NCBI RefSeq assembly: GCF_009914755.1
Contig: NC_060940.1
From: the human T2T-CHM13v2.0 reference genome, Homo sapiens
Direction: 5' to 3' (one strand)
DNA length: 64,000 bases
Part shown: piece by piece, positions 28,773 through 44,800 of the stretch
Position numbering within the stretch: position 1 is the first letter of the stretch
Layout of the letters: the number at the start of each line of letters is the position of its first letter
The notes under the pieces: model-generated
Databases searched by the model: none
What the model saw: the letters and a program-made list of their open reading frames with translations, nothing else
What the model was told of the DNA's origin: nothing
Made by a program: the position numbers and the translations under genes

Positions 28773-31700
28773 TCAAGTGCATTCGATGATATCATTCGAT
28801 TCCATTTGATGATAATTCCATTTGATTCCATGCGATGATTCTATTCGATTCCATTCAATGATAATTCCATTCAGTTCAGTGATTCCTCTGGACTCCATTT
28901 GATGATGATTCCATTGAATGATTCCATTTGATTCTATTCGAAAATGATTCCATTTGAATCCATTTGATGATGATTCCATTAGATTCCATTTGATGATTCC
29001 ATTCGATTCCATGCGACGATGATTCCATTCGATTCCATTTGATGATTCCATTCTATTCTATTCGATGATGATTCCATTCGATTCCATTCGATGATGATTG
29101 GATTCGATTCCATTTGATGATTTCATTTGATTCCATTCGTTAATGATTTCGATCAATTCCATTCGATGATTCCATTCGATTCCATTCGATAATGATTACA
29201 TCCGTGTCCATTCAATGATTCCATTTGAGCCTGTTCGATAATTCCATTTGTGTCCAACCAATGATTCCATTCATTTCCATTCAATGATTCCATTCGAGTC
29301 CATTTGATCATTCCGGTAGGGTCCATTCGATGTTGATTCCATTGGAGTGCATTCGATGATTCCATTCGAGTCCATTTTATGATTTGATTCGAGTCCTTTC
29401 GATGATTCCATTCGATTCCACTCGATGATGATTTCATTCGAGTCCATTCGACACTTCCAATCGATTCCATTTGATGTTTCCATTCGAGTCCAATTGATGA
29501 TTCCATTCAATTCCATTCGATGATGATTCCGTACGATTCCATTCTGTGATGATTCCCTGTGATTCCATTCAATGATGATTCCTTTAGATTGCATTCGATT
29601 GTGATTCATTTCGTCTTCATTCTATGGTTCCACAGGTTTCCATTCGTGTCCATTCCATTATTCCATTCTATTCCATTTGATGATGATTCCATTCGATTCC
29701 ATTCATTGGTGATTCCACTCAATTCCATTCAATGATTCCATTCCATTTCTTTCAACAATGATTCCATTAGTTTCTAATCGATGATCCACTTGATTCCATT
29801 TGACGACGATTCCATTCTTGTCCATTCGATGATTCCATTTGATTCCATATGATGATGATTCCATTCGATTCCATACCATGATGATTCCATTCGAGTCCAT
29901 TCAATGGTGATTCCATTCAATTCCATTCGATGATTCCTTTCGATTCCATTCGATGATGATGGCATTCGATTCCTTTCAATCATTCCCTTTGATTCCATTC
30001 AAAGGTGATTTCATTCAAGTCCATTCGATAATTGCATTCGATTCCATTCTATGATGATTCCATTCGAGTCCATTTGATGATTCCATTCAATTCAAGTCAA
30101 TGATGATTCCATTCGATTCCATTCGATGATTCCATTGGATTCCATTCGATGATGATTCCATTCAAATCCATTCGATAATTCAATTCAAGTCCATTCGATG
30201 ATGATTAAAATCGAATCCATTCAAAGATTCCATTCAGTTCCATTCGATGATTCCCTTAGATTCCATTCGATGATTCCACTTGATTTCATTTACGATGATT
30301 CCATTCGATTCCACGTGATGATTCCATTCAATTCTATTCAATGCTGTTTCCATTTGATTCCATTCGACCATGATTGCCTTTGATTCCATTCAATGACTCC
30401 ATTCGGTTCCTTTTGATGATGATTCCGTTCGATTCCATTTGATGATTCCATTTGATTCCATTGGATGAGTCCATTCGATTACATTCGATGATTATTCCAT
30501 TCGAGTGCATTAGATGATTCCATTCGAGTCCATTCGATGATTCCATTCGATTCCATTCGATGTTGATTCTGTTCAAATCCATTCGATGATTCCACTCGAT
30601 TCCATTCGATGACTCCAGTTGATCCCATTCGATGATTTCCTTTGATTCCCTTTGATGATCATTCCATTTGATTCAATTCGGTGATTTCATTTGATTCCAT
30701 TCAGTGATGTTTCCATTCGACTCCATTCGATGATGATTCCATTCGACTCCATTCGATTATGATTTCATTCAATTCCATTCGATAATGATTCCCTTCGAGT
30801 CCATTCGATGATTCCATTCGATTCCATTCAACGATGATTTGATTCGTGTCCATTCGATGATTCCATTTGATTCCACTTGATGATGATTCCATTCGAGTCC
30901 ATTTGATGATTCCATTCAATTCCATTCTCCGATGATTTCTTTTGAGCCCATTCAATGCTTCCACTCGATTCCATATGATGATGACTCCATTCGATGAAAT
31001 TCGATGATGATTCCCTTTGATTCCATTCAAAGATGATTCCATTCTAGCCCATTCAATCATTCCATTCGATTCTATTCAATGATGATTCCATTCATGTCGA
31101 TTTGGTGATTCCATTTGACTTCATTTGATGATGATTCCTTTCAAGTTCATTAGATGATTCCATTCGATTCCATTTGATGATGATCCCATTCGAGTCCATT
31201 CAGTGATTCCACTCGTTTCCATTCCATGATGATTCCATTCCATTCCATTCAATGATTCCATTCGATTCCGTTTGATGATGATTTCATTCGAGTCCATTTG
31301 ATGATTCCATTTGATTCCATTCGATGATGATTCCATTCGAGTCCATTCGATGATTCTATTCGAATCCATTTGATGATTTCTTTTGATTATAGTTGGTGAT
31401 GATTCCATTGGAGTCCATTCAATGATTCCATTCGATTCCAATCGATGGTGATTCCATTAGAGTCCATTTAATGATTCCATTTGATTCCAGTCTCTGATGA
31501 TTACATTCGAGTCCATACGATGATTCCACTCAATTCCATATGATGATGATTCCATTCGATTCCATTCGATGATTCCATTCTATTCTATTCAATGGTGATT
31601 CCATTCGAGTACATTAGATGATTCCATTCGATTCCATTCAATGATGATTCTATTTGTGTCCCTTAGATGATTCCACATGATTCCATTAGATGATGATACT

Positions 31701-34314
31701 ATTTGAGCCCATCCAATGATTCCCTTCGATTCCATTCGATGAGGATTCCATTCGATTCAATTCATTGGTGATTGTATTCAATTCAATTATTTGATTCCAT
31801 TCCATTCCATTCGACAATGATTCCATTCGATTTCTTTCGATGATTCCACTCGATTCCACTTGACATTGATTCCCTTCGATTCCATTCAATGATTCCATTT
31901 GATTCCAGTGGATGATGATTGCCATCGATTCCATTCGATCACTCCATTCTATTCCATTTGATGATGATTACATTCGATTCCATTTGACGATTCCATCTGA
32001 TTCTATTCGAGGATTCCATTTGATTCCATTCGATGATGATTCCATTCGAGTCCATTCGATGATTTCATTCGAGTACATCCAATGATTCCATTCGAGTCCA
32101 TTTGATGATTCCATTTGATTCCATTTGATAATGATTCTACTAGAGTCCATTCAATGACTCCATTGGAGTCCATTCAACAATTCCATTCGACTCCATTTGA
32201 TGATTCCATTCGATTCCATTTGATGATTCCATTCGAGTCCATTTAATCATTACAGTCGAGTCCATTTGGTGATTCCACCGGATTTCTTTTGATAATGATA
32301 CCATTCAAATACATTTGATGATGATCCCATTCAATTTCATTTGATGATGATTCCATTAGAGTCCATTCGATGATTTCATTCGAGTCCCTTCATTGATTCC
32401 ATCCGATTTCATTGGATGATGACTCCATTCGAGTCCATTCGATGATTCCACTCGATTCCATTAGATGATTCCATTGGAGTCCATTTGATTGTTCCATTCG
32501 ATTCCATTCAATTCCTTTCGAAGATTATTCCATTTGAGTCCATTCGACGATGATTCCATTCCATTCCATTCGATGATTCCGTTTGATTCCATTCGATGAT
32601 TCCCTTCGATTCCTTTCTTTGATGATTCCATTCCATTCCATTCAATGATTCCATTCGAATCTATTCCATGATGATTCCTTTCGATTCCATTCGCTGATGT
32701 TTCCGTTCAATTCCATTCGATGATGATTCCATTCGATTCCATTCATTGAGGATTCCATTTGATTCCATTCAATGATGATTCCGTTCTATTCCATTCAATG
32801 ATTGCATTCAATTCCATTCAATGATTATCCCCTTAGAGTAAACTCAACGATTCCATTCAATACCATTCGATGATGATTCCTTTTGAGTCCATTCAATGAT
32901 TTCATTCAAGTCCATTTGATGATTCCTTTCAATTCCATTCTATGATGATTCCATTCGAGTCCATTCGATGATTCCATTCGATTGCATTCGATGATTCCAT
33001 TATATTCCAGTCAACGATGATTCCATTCGAGTCCATTCGATGATTCCATTAGAGTACATTTAATGATTGCTTTGTTTTCAATTCGAAGATGATTACATTG
33101 GATTCCATTCTATGATACCATTCGATTCCATTCAATGATGATTCCTCTCAAATCCATTGGATGATTCCATTCGTGTCCATTCGGTGATTTCATTAGATTC
33201 CATTCGAGGATGATTCCATTCGATTCCATTCGATGATTCCATTCAATTCCATTCGATGATGATTCCATTCCAGTCCATATGATCATTCCATTTGATTTCA
33301 TTCGATGATGATTCCATTCGATTCCATTCGATGATTCCATTCTATTCCATTCGATGATGATTCCATTCGAGTCCATTCGATGATTCCATTCGAGTCCATT
33401 TAATGATTCCATTGGGTTCAATTCAATGATGATTACATTGGATTCCGTTCTATGATTCCATTCAATTCCGTTCATAGACAATTTGATTCCATTCGATGAT
33501 GATTCCATTTGAGTTCATTCGATGATTCTATTCGATTCTCTTCGATGGTGATTCAATTCTATTATATTGGATGATTCCATTCGATTCCATTTGATGTTGA
33601 TTCAATTCGATTCTATTCGATGATGATTCCATTGGATTTCACTTGATGATTCTATTCGATTCCATTCAATGATGATTCACTTCTCGTCCATTGGATGATT
33701 CCATTTCATTCCATTCGATGATGATTCCATTCGATTCCATTCGATGATTCCATTTGATTCCATGCGACGGTGAGCAATTCGATTCAATTCCATGATGATT
33801 CTATTTGATTCAATTAGATGATGTTTCCATTCGAATCCATTCCATGATTATTCCATTGGAATCCATTTGGCGATGATTCCATATGAGTCAATTCAATGAT
33901 GATTCCATATGGGTCCGTTCGATGATAATTCCATTTGATTTCATTCGATGCTTCTATTCTATTCCAGTCGATGATGATTCCGTTGGAGTCCATACGATGA
34001 TTCCATTTGATTTCATTTGATGATGATTCCATTCGATGATGATTACATTGGATTCCATTCTATGATTCCATTCGATTCCATTCGTTGATGATTCGATTCC
34101 ATTCAATGATGATTCCATTTGAGTTCATTCGATGATTCTATTCGATTCCGTTCGATGGTGATTCAATTCTATTATATAGGATGATTCCACTCGATTCCAT
34201 TTGATGATTATTCCATTGGAGTCCACTTAGTGAATCCTTTAGATTCTACTCGAAGATGATTCCATTCGAGTCCATTCGATGATACCATTCAATTCCATTC
34301 GTTGATGCTTCCAT
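28773..34314 (+). repeat. 5542-bp unit (570-bp deletion variant), copy 1
   Basis: Spacing is 5542, with the deletion junction GAAATTCGATGATGATTCCCTTTG at ~30999-31014. Confidence 0.88.
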
Positions 34315-36348
34315 TCAAGTGCATTCGATGATATCATTCGATTCCATTTGATGATAATTCCATTTGATTCCATGCGATGATTCTATTCGATTCCATTCAA
34401 TGATAATTCCATTCAATTCAGTGATTCCTCTGGACTCCATTTGATGATGATTCCATTCAATGATTCCATTCGATTCTATTCCAAAATGATTCCATTTGAA
34501 TCCATTTGATGATGATTCCATTAGATTCCATTTGATGATTCCATTCGATTCCATTTGACGATGATTCCATTCGATTCCATTTGATGATTCCATTCCATTC
34601 CATTCGATGATTCCGTTTGATTCCATTCGATGATTCCCTTCGATTCCATTCTTTGATGATTCCATTCCATTCCATTCAATGATTCCATTCGAATCTATTC
34701 CATGATGATTCCTTTCGATTCCATTCGCTGATGTTTCCGTTCAATTCCATTCGATGATGATTCCATTCGATTCCATTCATTGAGGATTCCATTTGATTCC
34801 ATTCAATGATGATTCCATTCTATTCCATTCAATGATTGCATTCAATTCCATTCAATGATTATCCCATTAGAGTAAACTCAACGATTCCATTCAATACCAT
34901 TCGATGATGATTCCTTTTGAGTCCATTCAATGATTTCATTCAAGTCCATTTGATGATTCCTTTCAATTCCATTCTATGATGATTCCATTCGAGTCCATTC
35001 GATGATTCCATTCGATTGCATTCGATGATTCCATTATATTCCATTCAACGATGATTCCATTCGAGTCCATTCGATGATTCCATTAGAGTACATTTAATGA
35101 TTGCTTTGTTTTCAATTCGAAGATGATTACATTCGATTCCATTCTATGATACCATTCGATTCCATTCAATGATGATTCCTCTCAAATCCATTGGATGATT
35201 CCATTCGTGTCCATTCGGTGATTTCATTAGATTCCATTCGAGGATGATTCCATTCGATTCCATTCGATGATTCCATTCAATTCCATTCGATGATGATTCC
35301 ATTCCAGTCCATATGATCATTCCATTTGATTTCATTCGATGATGATTCCATTCGATTCCATTCGATGATTCCATTCTATTCCATTCGATGATGATTCCAT
35401 TCGAGTCCATTCGATGATTCCATTCGAGTCCATTTAATGATTCCATTGGGTTCAATTCAATGATGATTACATTGGATTCCGTTCTATGATTCCATTCAAT
35501 TCCGTTCATTGACTATTTGATTCCATTCGATGATGATTCCATTTGAGTTCATTCGATGATTCTATTCGATTCTCTTCGATGGTGATTCAATTCTATTATA
35601 TTGGATGATTCCATTCGATTCCATTTGATGTTGATTTAATTCGATTCTATTCGATGATGATTCCATTGGATTTCACTTGATGATTCTATTCGATTCCATT
35701 CAATGATGATTCACTTCTCGTCCATTGGATGATTCCATTTCATTCCATTCGATGATGATTCCATTCGATTCCATTCGATGATTCCATTTGATTCCATGCG
35801 TCGGTGAGCAATTCGATTCAATTCCATGATGATTCTATTTGATTCAATTAGATGATGTTTCCATTCGAATCCATTCCATGATTATTCCATTGGAATCCAT
35901 TCGGTGATGATTCCATATGAGTCAATTCAATGATGATTCCATATGGGTCCGTTCGATGATAATTCCATTTGATTTCATTCGGTACTTCTATTCAATTCCA
36001 GTCGATGATGATTCCGTTGGAGTCCATACGATGATTCCATTTGATTTCATTTGATGATGATTCCATTCGATGATGATTACATTGGATTCCATTCTATGAT
36101 TCCATTCAATTCCATTCGTTGATGATTCGATTCCATTCAATGATGATTCTATTTGAGTTCATTCAATGATTCTATTCGATTCCGTTCGATGGTGATTCAA
36201 TTCTCTTATATTGGATGAATCCACTCGATACCATTTGATGATTATTCCATTGGAGTCCACTTAGTGAATCCTTCAGATTCTACTCGAAGATGATTCCATT
36301 CAAGTCCATTCGATGATACCATTCAATTCCATTCGTTGATGCTTCCAT

Positions 36349-39300
36349 TCAAGTGCATTCGATGATATCATTCGATTCCATTTGATGATAATTCCATTTG
36401 ATTCCATGCGATGATTCTATTCGATTCCATTCAATGATAATTCCATTCAGTTCAGTGATTCCTCTGGACTCCATTTGATGATGATTCCATTGAATGATTC
36501 CATTTGATTCTATTCGAAAATGATTCCATTTGAATCCATTTGATGATGATTCCATTAGATTCCATTTGATGATTCCATTCGATTCCATGCGACGATGATT
36601 CCATTCGATTCCATTTGATGATTCCATTCTATTCTATTCGATGATGATTCCATTCGATTCCATTCGATGATGATTGGATTCGATTCCATTTGATGATTTC
36701 ATTTGATTCCATTCGTTAATGATTTCGATCAATTCCATTCGATGATTCCATTCGATTCCATTCGATAATGATTACATCCGTGTCCATTCAATGATTCCAT
36801 TTGAGCCTGTTCGATAATTCCATTTGTGTCCAACCAATGATTCCATTCATTTCCATTCAATGATTCCATTCGAGTCCATTTGATCATTCCGGTAGGGTCC
36901 ATTCGATGTTGATTCCATTGGAGTGCATTCGATGATTCCATTCGAGTCCATTTTATGATTTGATTCGAGTCCTTTCGATGATTCCATTCGATTCCACTCG
37001 ATGATGATTTCATTCGAGTCCATTCGACACTTCCAATCGATTCCATTTGATGTTTCCATTCGAGTCCAATTGATGATTCCATTCAATTCCATTCGATGAT
37101 GATTCCGTACGATTCCATTCTGTGATGATTCCCTGTGATTCCATTCAATGATGATTCCTTTAGATTGCATTCGATTGTGATTCATTTCGTCTTCATTCTA
37201 TGGTTCCACAGGTTTCCATTCGTGTCCATTCCATTATTCCATTCTATTCCATTTGATGATGATTCCATTCGATTCCATTCATTGGTGATTCCACTCAATT
37301 CCATTCAATGATTCCATTCCATTTCTTTCAACAATGATTCCATTAGTTTCTAATCGATGATCCACTTGATTCCATTTGACGACGATTCCATTCTTGTCCA
37401 TTCGATGATTCCATTTGATTCCATATGATGATGATTCCATTCGATTCCATACCATGATGATTCCATTCGAGTCCATTCAATGGTGATTCCATTCAATTCC
37501 ATTCGATGATTCCTTTCGATTCCATTCGATGATGATGGCATTCGATTCCTTTCAATCATTCCCTTTGATTCCATTCAAAGGTGATTTCATTCAAGTCCAT
37601 TCGATAATTGCATTCGATTCCATTCTATGATGATTCCATTCGAGTCCATTTGATGATTCCATTCAATTCAAGTCAATGATGATTCCATTCGATTCCATTC
37701 GATGATTCCATTGGATTCCATTCGATGATGATTCCATTCAAATCCATTCGATAATTCAATTCAAGTCCATTCGATGATGATTAAAATCGAATCCATTCAA
37801 AGATTCCATTCAGTTCCATTCGATGATTCCCTTAGATTCCATTCGATGATTCCACTTGATTTCATTTACGATGATTCCATTCGATTCCACGTGATGATTC
37901 CATTCAATTCTATTCAATGCTGTTTCCATTTGATTCCATTCGACCATGATTGCCTTTGATTCCATTCAATGACTCCATTCGGTTCCTTTTGATGATGATT
38001 CCGTTCGATTCCATTTGATGATTCCATTTGATTCCATTGGATGAGTCCATTCGATTACATTCGATGATTATTCCATTCGAGTGCATTAGATGATTCCATT
38101 CGAGTCCATTCGATGATTCCATTCGATTCCATTCGATGTTGATTCTGTTCAAATCCATTCGATGATTCCACTCGATTCCATTCGATGACTCCAGTTGATC
38201 CCATTCGATGATTTCCTTTGATTCCCTTTGATGATCATTCCATTTGATTCAATTCGGTGATTTCATTTGATTCCATTCAGTGATGTTTCCATTCGACTCC
38301 ATTCGATGATGATTCCATTCGACTCCATTCGATTATGATTTCATTCAATTCCATTCGATAATGATTCCCTTCGAGTCCATTCGATGATTCCATTCGATTC
38401 CATTCAACGATGATTTGATTCGTGTCCATTCGATGATTCCATTTGATTCCACTTGATGATGATTCCATTCGAGTCCATTTGATGATTCCATTCAATTCCA
38501 TTCTCCGATGATTTCTTTTGAGCCCATTCAATGCTTCCACTCGATTCCATATGATGATGACTCCATTCGATGAAATTCGATGATGATTCCCTTTGATTCC
38601 ATTCAAAGATGATTCCATTCTAGCCCATTCAATCATTCCATTCGATTCTATTCAATGATGATTCCATTCATGTCGATTTGGTGATTCCATTTGACTTCAT
38701 TTGATGATGATTCCTTTCAAGTTCATTAGATGATTCCATTCGATTCCATTTGATGATGATCCCATTCGAGTCCATTCAGTGATTCCACTCGTTTCCATTC
38801 CATGATGATTCCATTCCATTCCATTCAATGATTCCATTCGATTCCGTTTGATGATGATTTCATTCGAGTCCATTTGATGATTCCATTTGATTCCATTCGA
38901 TGATGATTCCATTCGAGTCCATTCGATGATTCTATTCGAATCCATTTGATGATTTCTTTTGATTATAGTTGGTGATGATTCCATTGGAGTCCATTCAATG
39001 ATTCCATTCGATTCCAATCGATGGTGATTCCATTAGAGTCCATTTAATGATTCCATTTGATTCCAGTCTCTGATGATTACATTCGAGTCCATACGATGAT
39101 TCCACTCAATTCCATATGATGATGATTCCATTCGATTCCATTCGATGATTCCATTCTATTCTATTCAATGGTGATTCCATTCGAGTACATTAGATGATTC
39201 CATTCGATTCCATTCAATGATGATTCTATTTGTGTCCCTTAGATGATTCCACATGATTCCATTAGATGATGATACTATTTGAGCCCATCCAATGATTCCC

Positions 39301-41890
39301 TTCGATTCCATTCGATGAGGATTCCATTCGATTCAATTCATTGGTGATTCTATTCAATTCAATTCTTTGATTCCATTCCATTCCATTCGACAATGATTCC
39401 ATTCGATTTCTTTCGATGATTCCACTCGATTCCACTTGACATTGATTCCCTTCGATTCCATTCAATGATTCCATTTGATTCCAGTGGATGATGATTGCCA
39501 TCGATTCCATTCGATCACTCCATTCTATTCCATTTGATGATGATTACATTCGATTCCATTTGACGATTCCATCTGATTCTATTCGAGGATTCCATTTGAT
39601 TCCATTCGATGATGATTCCATTCGAGTCCATTCGATGATTTCATTCGAGTACATCCAATGATTCCATTCGAGTCCATTTGATGATTCCATTTGATTCCAT
39701 TTGATAATGATTCTACTAGAGTCCATTCAATGACTCCATTGGAGTCCATTCAACAATTCCATTCGACTCCATTTGATGATTCCATTCGATTCCATTTGAT
39801 GATTCCATTCGAGTCCATTTAATCATTACAGTCGAGTCCATTTGGTGATTCCACCGGATTTCTTTTGATAATGATACCATTCAAATACATTTGATGATGA
39901 TCCCATTCAATTTCATTTGATGATGATTCCATTAGAGTCCATTCGATGATTTCATTCGAGTCCCTTCATTGATTCCATCCGATTTCATTGGATGATGACT
40001 CCATTCGAGTCCATTCGATGATTCCACTCGATTCCATTAGATGATTCCATTGGAGTCCATTTGATTGTTCCATTCGATTCCATTCAATTCCTTTCGAAGA
40101 TTATTCCATTTGAGTCCATTCGACGATGATTCCATTCCATTCCATTCGATGATTCCGTTTGATTCCATTCGATGATTCCCTTCGATTCCTTTCTTTGATG
40201 ATTCCATTCCATTCCATTCAATGATTCCATTCGAATCTATTCCATGATGATTCCTTTCGATTCCATTCGCTGATGTTTCCGTTCAATTCCATTCGATGAT
40301 GATTCCATTCGATTCCATTCATTGAGGATTCCATTTGATTCCATTCAATGATGATTCCGTTCTATTCCATTCAATGATTGCATTCAATTCCATTCAATGA
40401 TTATCCCCTTAGAGTAAACTCAACGATTCCATTCAATACCATTCGATGATGATTCCTTTTGAGTCCATTCAATGATTTCATTCAAGTCCATTTGATGATT
40501 CCTTTCAATTCCATTCTATGATGATTCCATTCGAGTCCATTCGATGATTCCATTCGATTGCATTCGATGATTCCATTATATTCCAGTCAACGATGATTCC
40601 ATTCGAGTCCATTCGATGATTCCATTAGAGTACATTTAATGATTGCTTTGTTTTCAATTCGAAGATGATTACATTGGATTCCATTCTATGATACCATTCG
40701 ATTCCATTCAATGATGATTCCACTCAAATCCATTGGATGATTCCATTCGTGTCCATTCGGTGATTTCATTAGATTCCATTCGAGGATGATTCCATTCGAT
40801 TCCATTCGATGATTCCATTCAATTCCATTCGATGATGATTCCATTCCAGTCCATATGATCATTCCATTTGATTTCATTCGATGATGATTCCATTCGATTC
40901 CATTCGATGATTCCATTCTATTCCATTCGATGATGATTCCATTCGAGTCCATTCGATGATTCCATTCGAGTCCATTTAATGATTCCATTGGGTTCAATTC
41001 AATGATGATTACATTGGATTCCGTTCTATGATTCCATTCAATTCCGTTCATAGACAATTTGATTCCATTCGATGATGATTCCATTTGAGTTCATTCGATG
41101 ATTCTATTCGATTCTCTTCGATGGTGATTCAATTCTATTATATTGGATGATTCCATTCGATTCCATTTGATGTTGATTCAATTCGATTCTATTCGATGAT
41201 GATTCCATTGGATTTCACTTGATGATTCTATTCGATTCCATTCAATGATGATTCACTTCTCGTCCATTGGATGATTCCATTTCATTCCATTCGATGATGA
41301 TTCCATTCGATTCCATTCGATGATTCCATTTGATTCCATGCGACGGTGAGCAATTCGATTCAATTCCATGATGATTCTATTTGATTCAATTAGATGATGT
41401 TTCCATTCGAATCCATTCCATGATTATTCCATTGGAATCCATTTGGCGATGATTCCATATGAGTCAATTCAATGATGATTCCATATGGGTCCGTTCGATG
41501 ATAATTCCATTTGATTTCATTCGATGCTTCTATTCTATTCCAGTCGATGATGATTCCGTTGGAGTCCATACGATGATTCCATTTGATTTCATTTGATGAT
41601 GATTCCATTCGATGATGATTACATTGGATTCCATTCTATGATTCCATTCGATTCCATTCGTTGATGATTCGATTCCATTCAATGATGATTCCATTTGAGT
41701 TCATTCGATGATTCTATTCGATTCCGTTCGATGGTGATTCAATTCTATTATATAGGATGATTCCACTCGATTCCATTTGATGATTATTCCATTGGAGTCC
41801 ACTTAGTGAATCCTTTAGATTCTACTCGAAGATGATTCCATTCGAGTCCATTCGATGATACCATTCAATTCCATTCGTTGATGCTTCCAT
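36349..41890 (+). repeat. 5542-bp unit (570-bp deletion variant), copy 2
   Basis: Spacing is 5542, with the same junction at ~38575-38590. Confidence 0.88.
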
Positions 41891-44800
41891 TCAAGTGCAT
41901 TCGATGATATCATTCGATTCCATTTGATGATAATTCCATTTGATTCCATGCGATGATTCTATTCGATTCCATTCAATGATAATTCCATTCAATTCAGTGA
42001 TTCCTCTGGACTCCATTTGATGATGATTCCATTCAATGATTCCATTCGATTCTATTCCAAAATGATTCCATTTGAATCCATTTGATGATGATTCCATTAG
42101 ATTCCATTTGATGATTCCATTCGATTCCATTTGACGATGATTCCATTCGATTCCATTTGATGATTCCATTCTATTCTATTCGATGATGATTCCATTCGAT
42201 TCCATTTGATGATGATTGGATTCGATTCCATTTGATGATTTCATTTGATTCCATTCGTTAATGATTTCGATCAACTCCATTCGATGATTCCATTTGATTC
42301 CATTCTATAATGATTACATCCGAGTCCATTCGATGATTCCATTTGAGCCCGTTCGATAATTCCATTTGAGTCCAATCAATGATTCCATTCATTTCCATTC
42401 AATGATTCCATTCGAGTCCATTTGATCATTCTGGTAGGGTCCGTTCGATGTTGATTCCATTGGAGTGCATTCGATGATTGCATTCGAGTCCATTTTAGGA
42501 TTTGATTCGAGTCCTTTCGATGATTCCATTCGATTCCACTCGATGATGATTTCATTCGAGTCCATTCGACACTTCCAATCGATTCCATTTGATGTTTCCA
42601 TTCGAGTCCAATTGATGATTCCATTCAATTCCATTCGATGATGATTCCGTACGATTCCATTCTGTGATGATTCCATGTGATTGCATTCAATGATGATTCC
42701 TTTAGATTGCATTCGATTGTGATTCATTTCGTCTTCATTCTATGGTTCCACAGGTTTCCATTCGTGTCCATTCCATTATTCCATTCTATTCCATTTGGTG
42801 ATGATTCCATTCGATTCCATTCATTGGTGATTCCACTCAATTCCATTCAATGATTCCATTCCATTTCTTTCAACAATGATTCCATTAGTTTCTAATCGAT
42901 GATCCACTTGATTCCATTTGACGACGATTCCATTCTTGTCCATTCGATGATTCCATTTGATTCCATATGATGATGATTCCATTCGATTCCATACCATGAT
43001 GATTCCATTCGAGTCCATTCAATGGTGATTCCATTCAATTCCATTCGATGATTCCTTTCGATTCCATTCGATGATGATGGCATTCGATTCCTTTCAATCA
43101 TTCCCTTTGATTCCATTCAAAGGTGATTTCATTCAAGTCCATTCGATAATTGCATTCGATTCCATTCTATGATGATTCCATTCGAGTCCATTTGATGATT
43201 CCATTCAATTCAAGTCAATGATGATTCCATTCGATTCCATTCGATGATTCCATTGGATTCCATTCGATGATGATTCCATTCAAATCCATTCGATAATTCA
43301 ATTCAAGTCCATTCGATGATGATTAAAATCGAATCCATTCAAAGATTCCATTCAGTTCCATTCGATGATTCCCTTAGATTCCATTCGATGATTCCACTTG
43401 ATTTCATTTACGATGATTCCATTCGATTCCATGTGATGATTCCATTCAATACTATTCAATGCTGTTTCCATTTGATTCCATTCGACCATGATTGCCTTTG
43501 ATTCCATTCAATGACTCCATTCGGTTCCTTTTGATGATGATTCCGTTCGATTCCATTTGATGATTCCATTTGATTCCATTGGATGAGTCCATTCGATTAC
43601 ATTCGATGATTATTCCATTCGAGTGCATTAGATGATTCCATTCGAGTCCATTCGATGATTCCATTCGATTCCATTCGATGTTGATTCTGTTCAAATCCAT
43701 TCGATGATTCCACTCGATTCCATTCGATGACTCCAGTTGATCCCATTCGATGATTTCCTTTGATTCCCTTTGATGATCATTCCATTTGATTCAATTCGGT
43801 GATTTCATTTGATTCCATTCAGTGATGTTTCCATTCGACTCCATTCGATGATGATTCCATTCGACTCCATTCGATTATGATTTCATTCAATTCCATTCGA
43901 TAATGATTCCCTTCAAGTCCATTCGATGATTCCATTCGATTCCATTCAACGATGATTTGATTCGTGTCCATTCGATGATTCCATTTGATTCCACTTGATG
44001 ATGATTCCATTCGAGTCCATTTGATGATTCCATTCAATTCCATACTCCGATGATTTCTTTTGAGCCCACTCAATGCTTCCACTCGATTCCATATGATGAT
44101 GACTCCATTCGATGAAATTCGATGATGATTCCATTCGCTTGCTTTCGATGATGATTCCACTTGAGTCTGTTAGAAGATTCTATTCAATTACATTCCATGA
44201 CGATTCCGTTCGAGTCCATTTGATGATTCCATTAGACTCCATTCGACGATGATTTCATTCGATGTTATTCGATGATTCCATTCGATCTCATTCGATGATG
44301 ATTCCATTCAACTCCATTCGATGTTTCCATTCGAGTTCATTCTATTTTTCCATTAGATTCCATTCGATGATGATTCCATTCGATTCCATTTGATGATTGC
44401 ATTCTATTTCATTTGATGATGATTCCATTCGAGTCTACTCGATGATTCCATTCGAGTCCATTTAATGAATCCATTGGTTTCAATTCTATGATGATTACAT
44501 TGGATTCCATTCGTTGATGATTTCATTCGGTTCCATTCAATGATGATTCCATTCAATTCCTTTCAATGTTTCCATTCAATTCCATACGATGATGATTCCA
44601 TTTGATTTGATTCGACAGTGAGCCATTCGATTCAATTCCATGATGATTCTATTTGATTCAATTGGTTGACATTTCCATTCGATTCCATTCGATGATGATT
44701 CCCTTTGATTCCATTCAAAGATGATTCCATTCTAGCCCATTCAATCATTCCATTCGATTCTATTCAATGATGATTCCATTCATGTCGATTTGGTGATTCC

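Larger units (their letters stand above)
27006..42157 (+). repeat. Tandem duplication of a 7576-bp block (27006-34581 / 34582-42157)
   Basis: ORF pairs 27568/35144, 28773/36349, 30198/37774, 33110/40686 and 34315/41891 are all offset by 7576. The chimeric junction is at 34582-34595. Confidence 0.9.

Noticed and set aside
30198-30383. Plus-strand 61-aa ORF (also at 37774, 43316, 49428, 54970)
   Set aside because: It is a chance open frame within one clade of repeat units, with no evidence of coding function.
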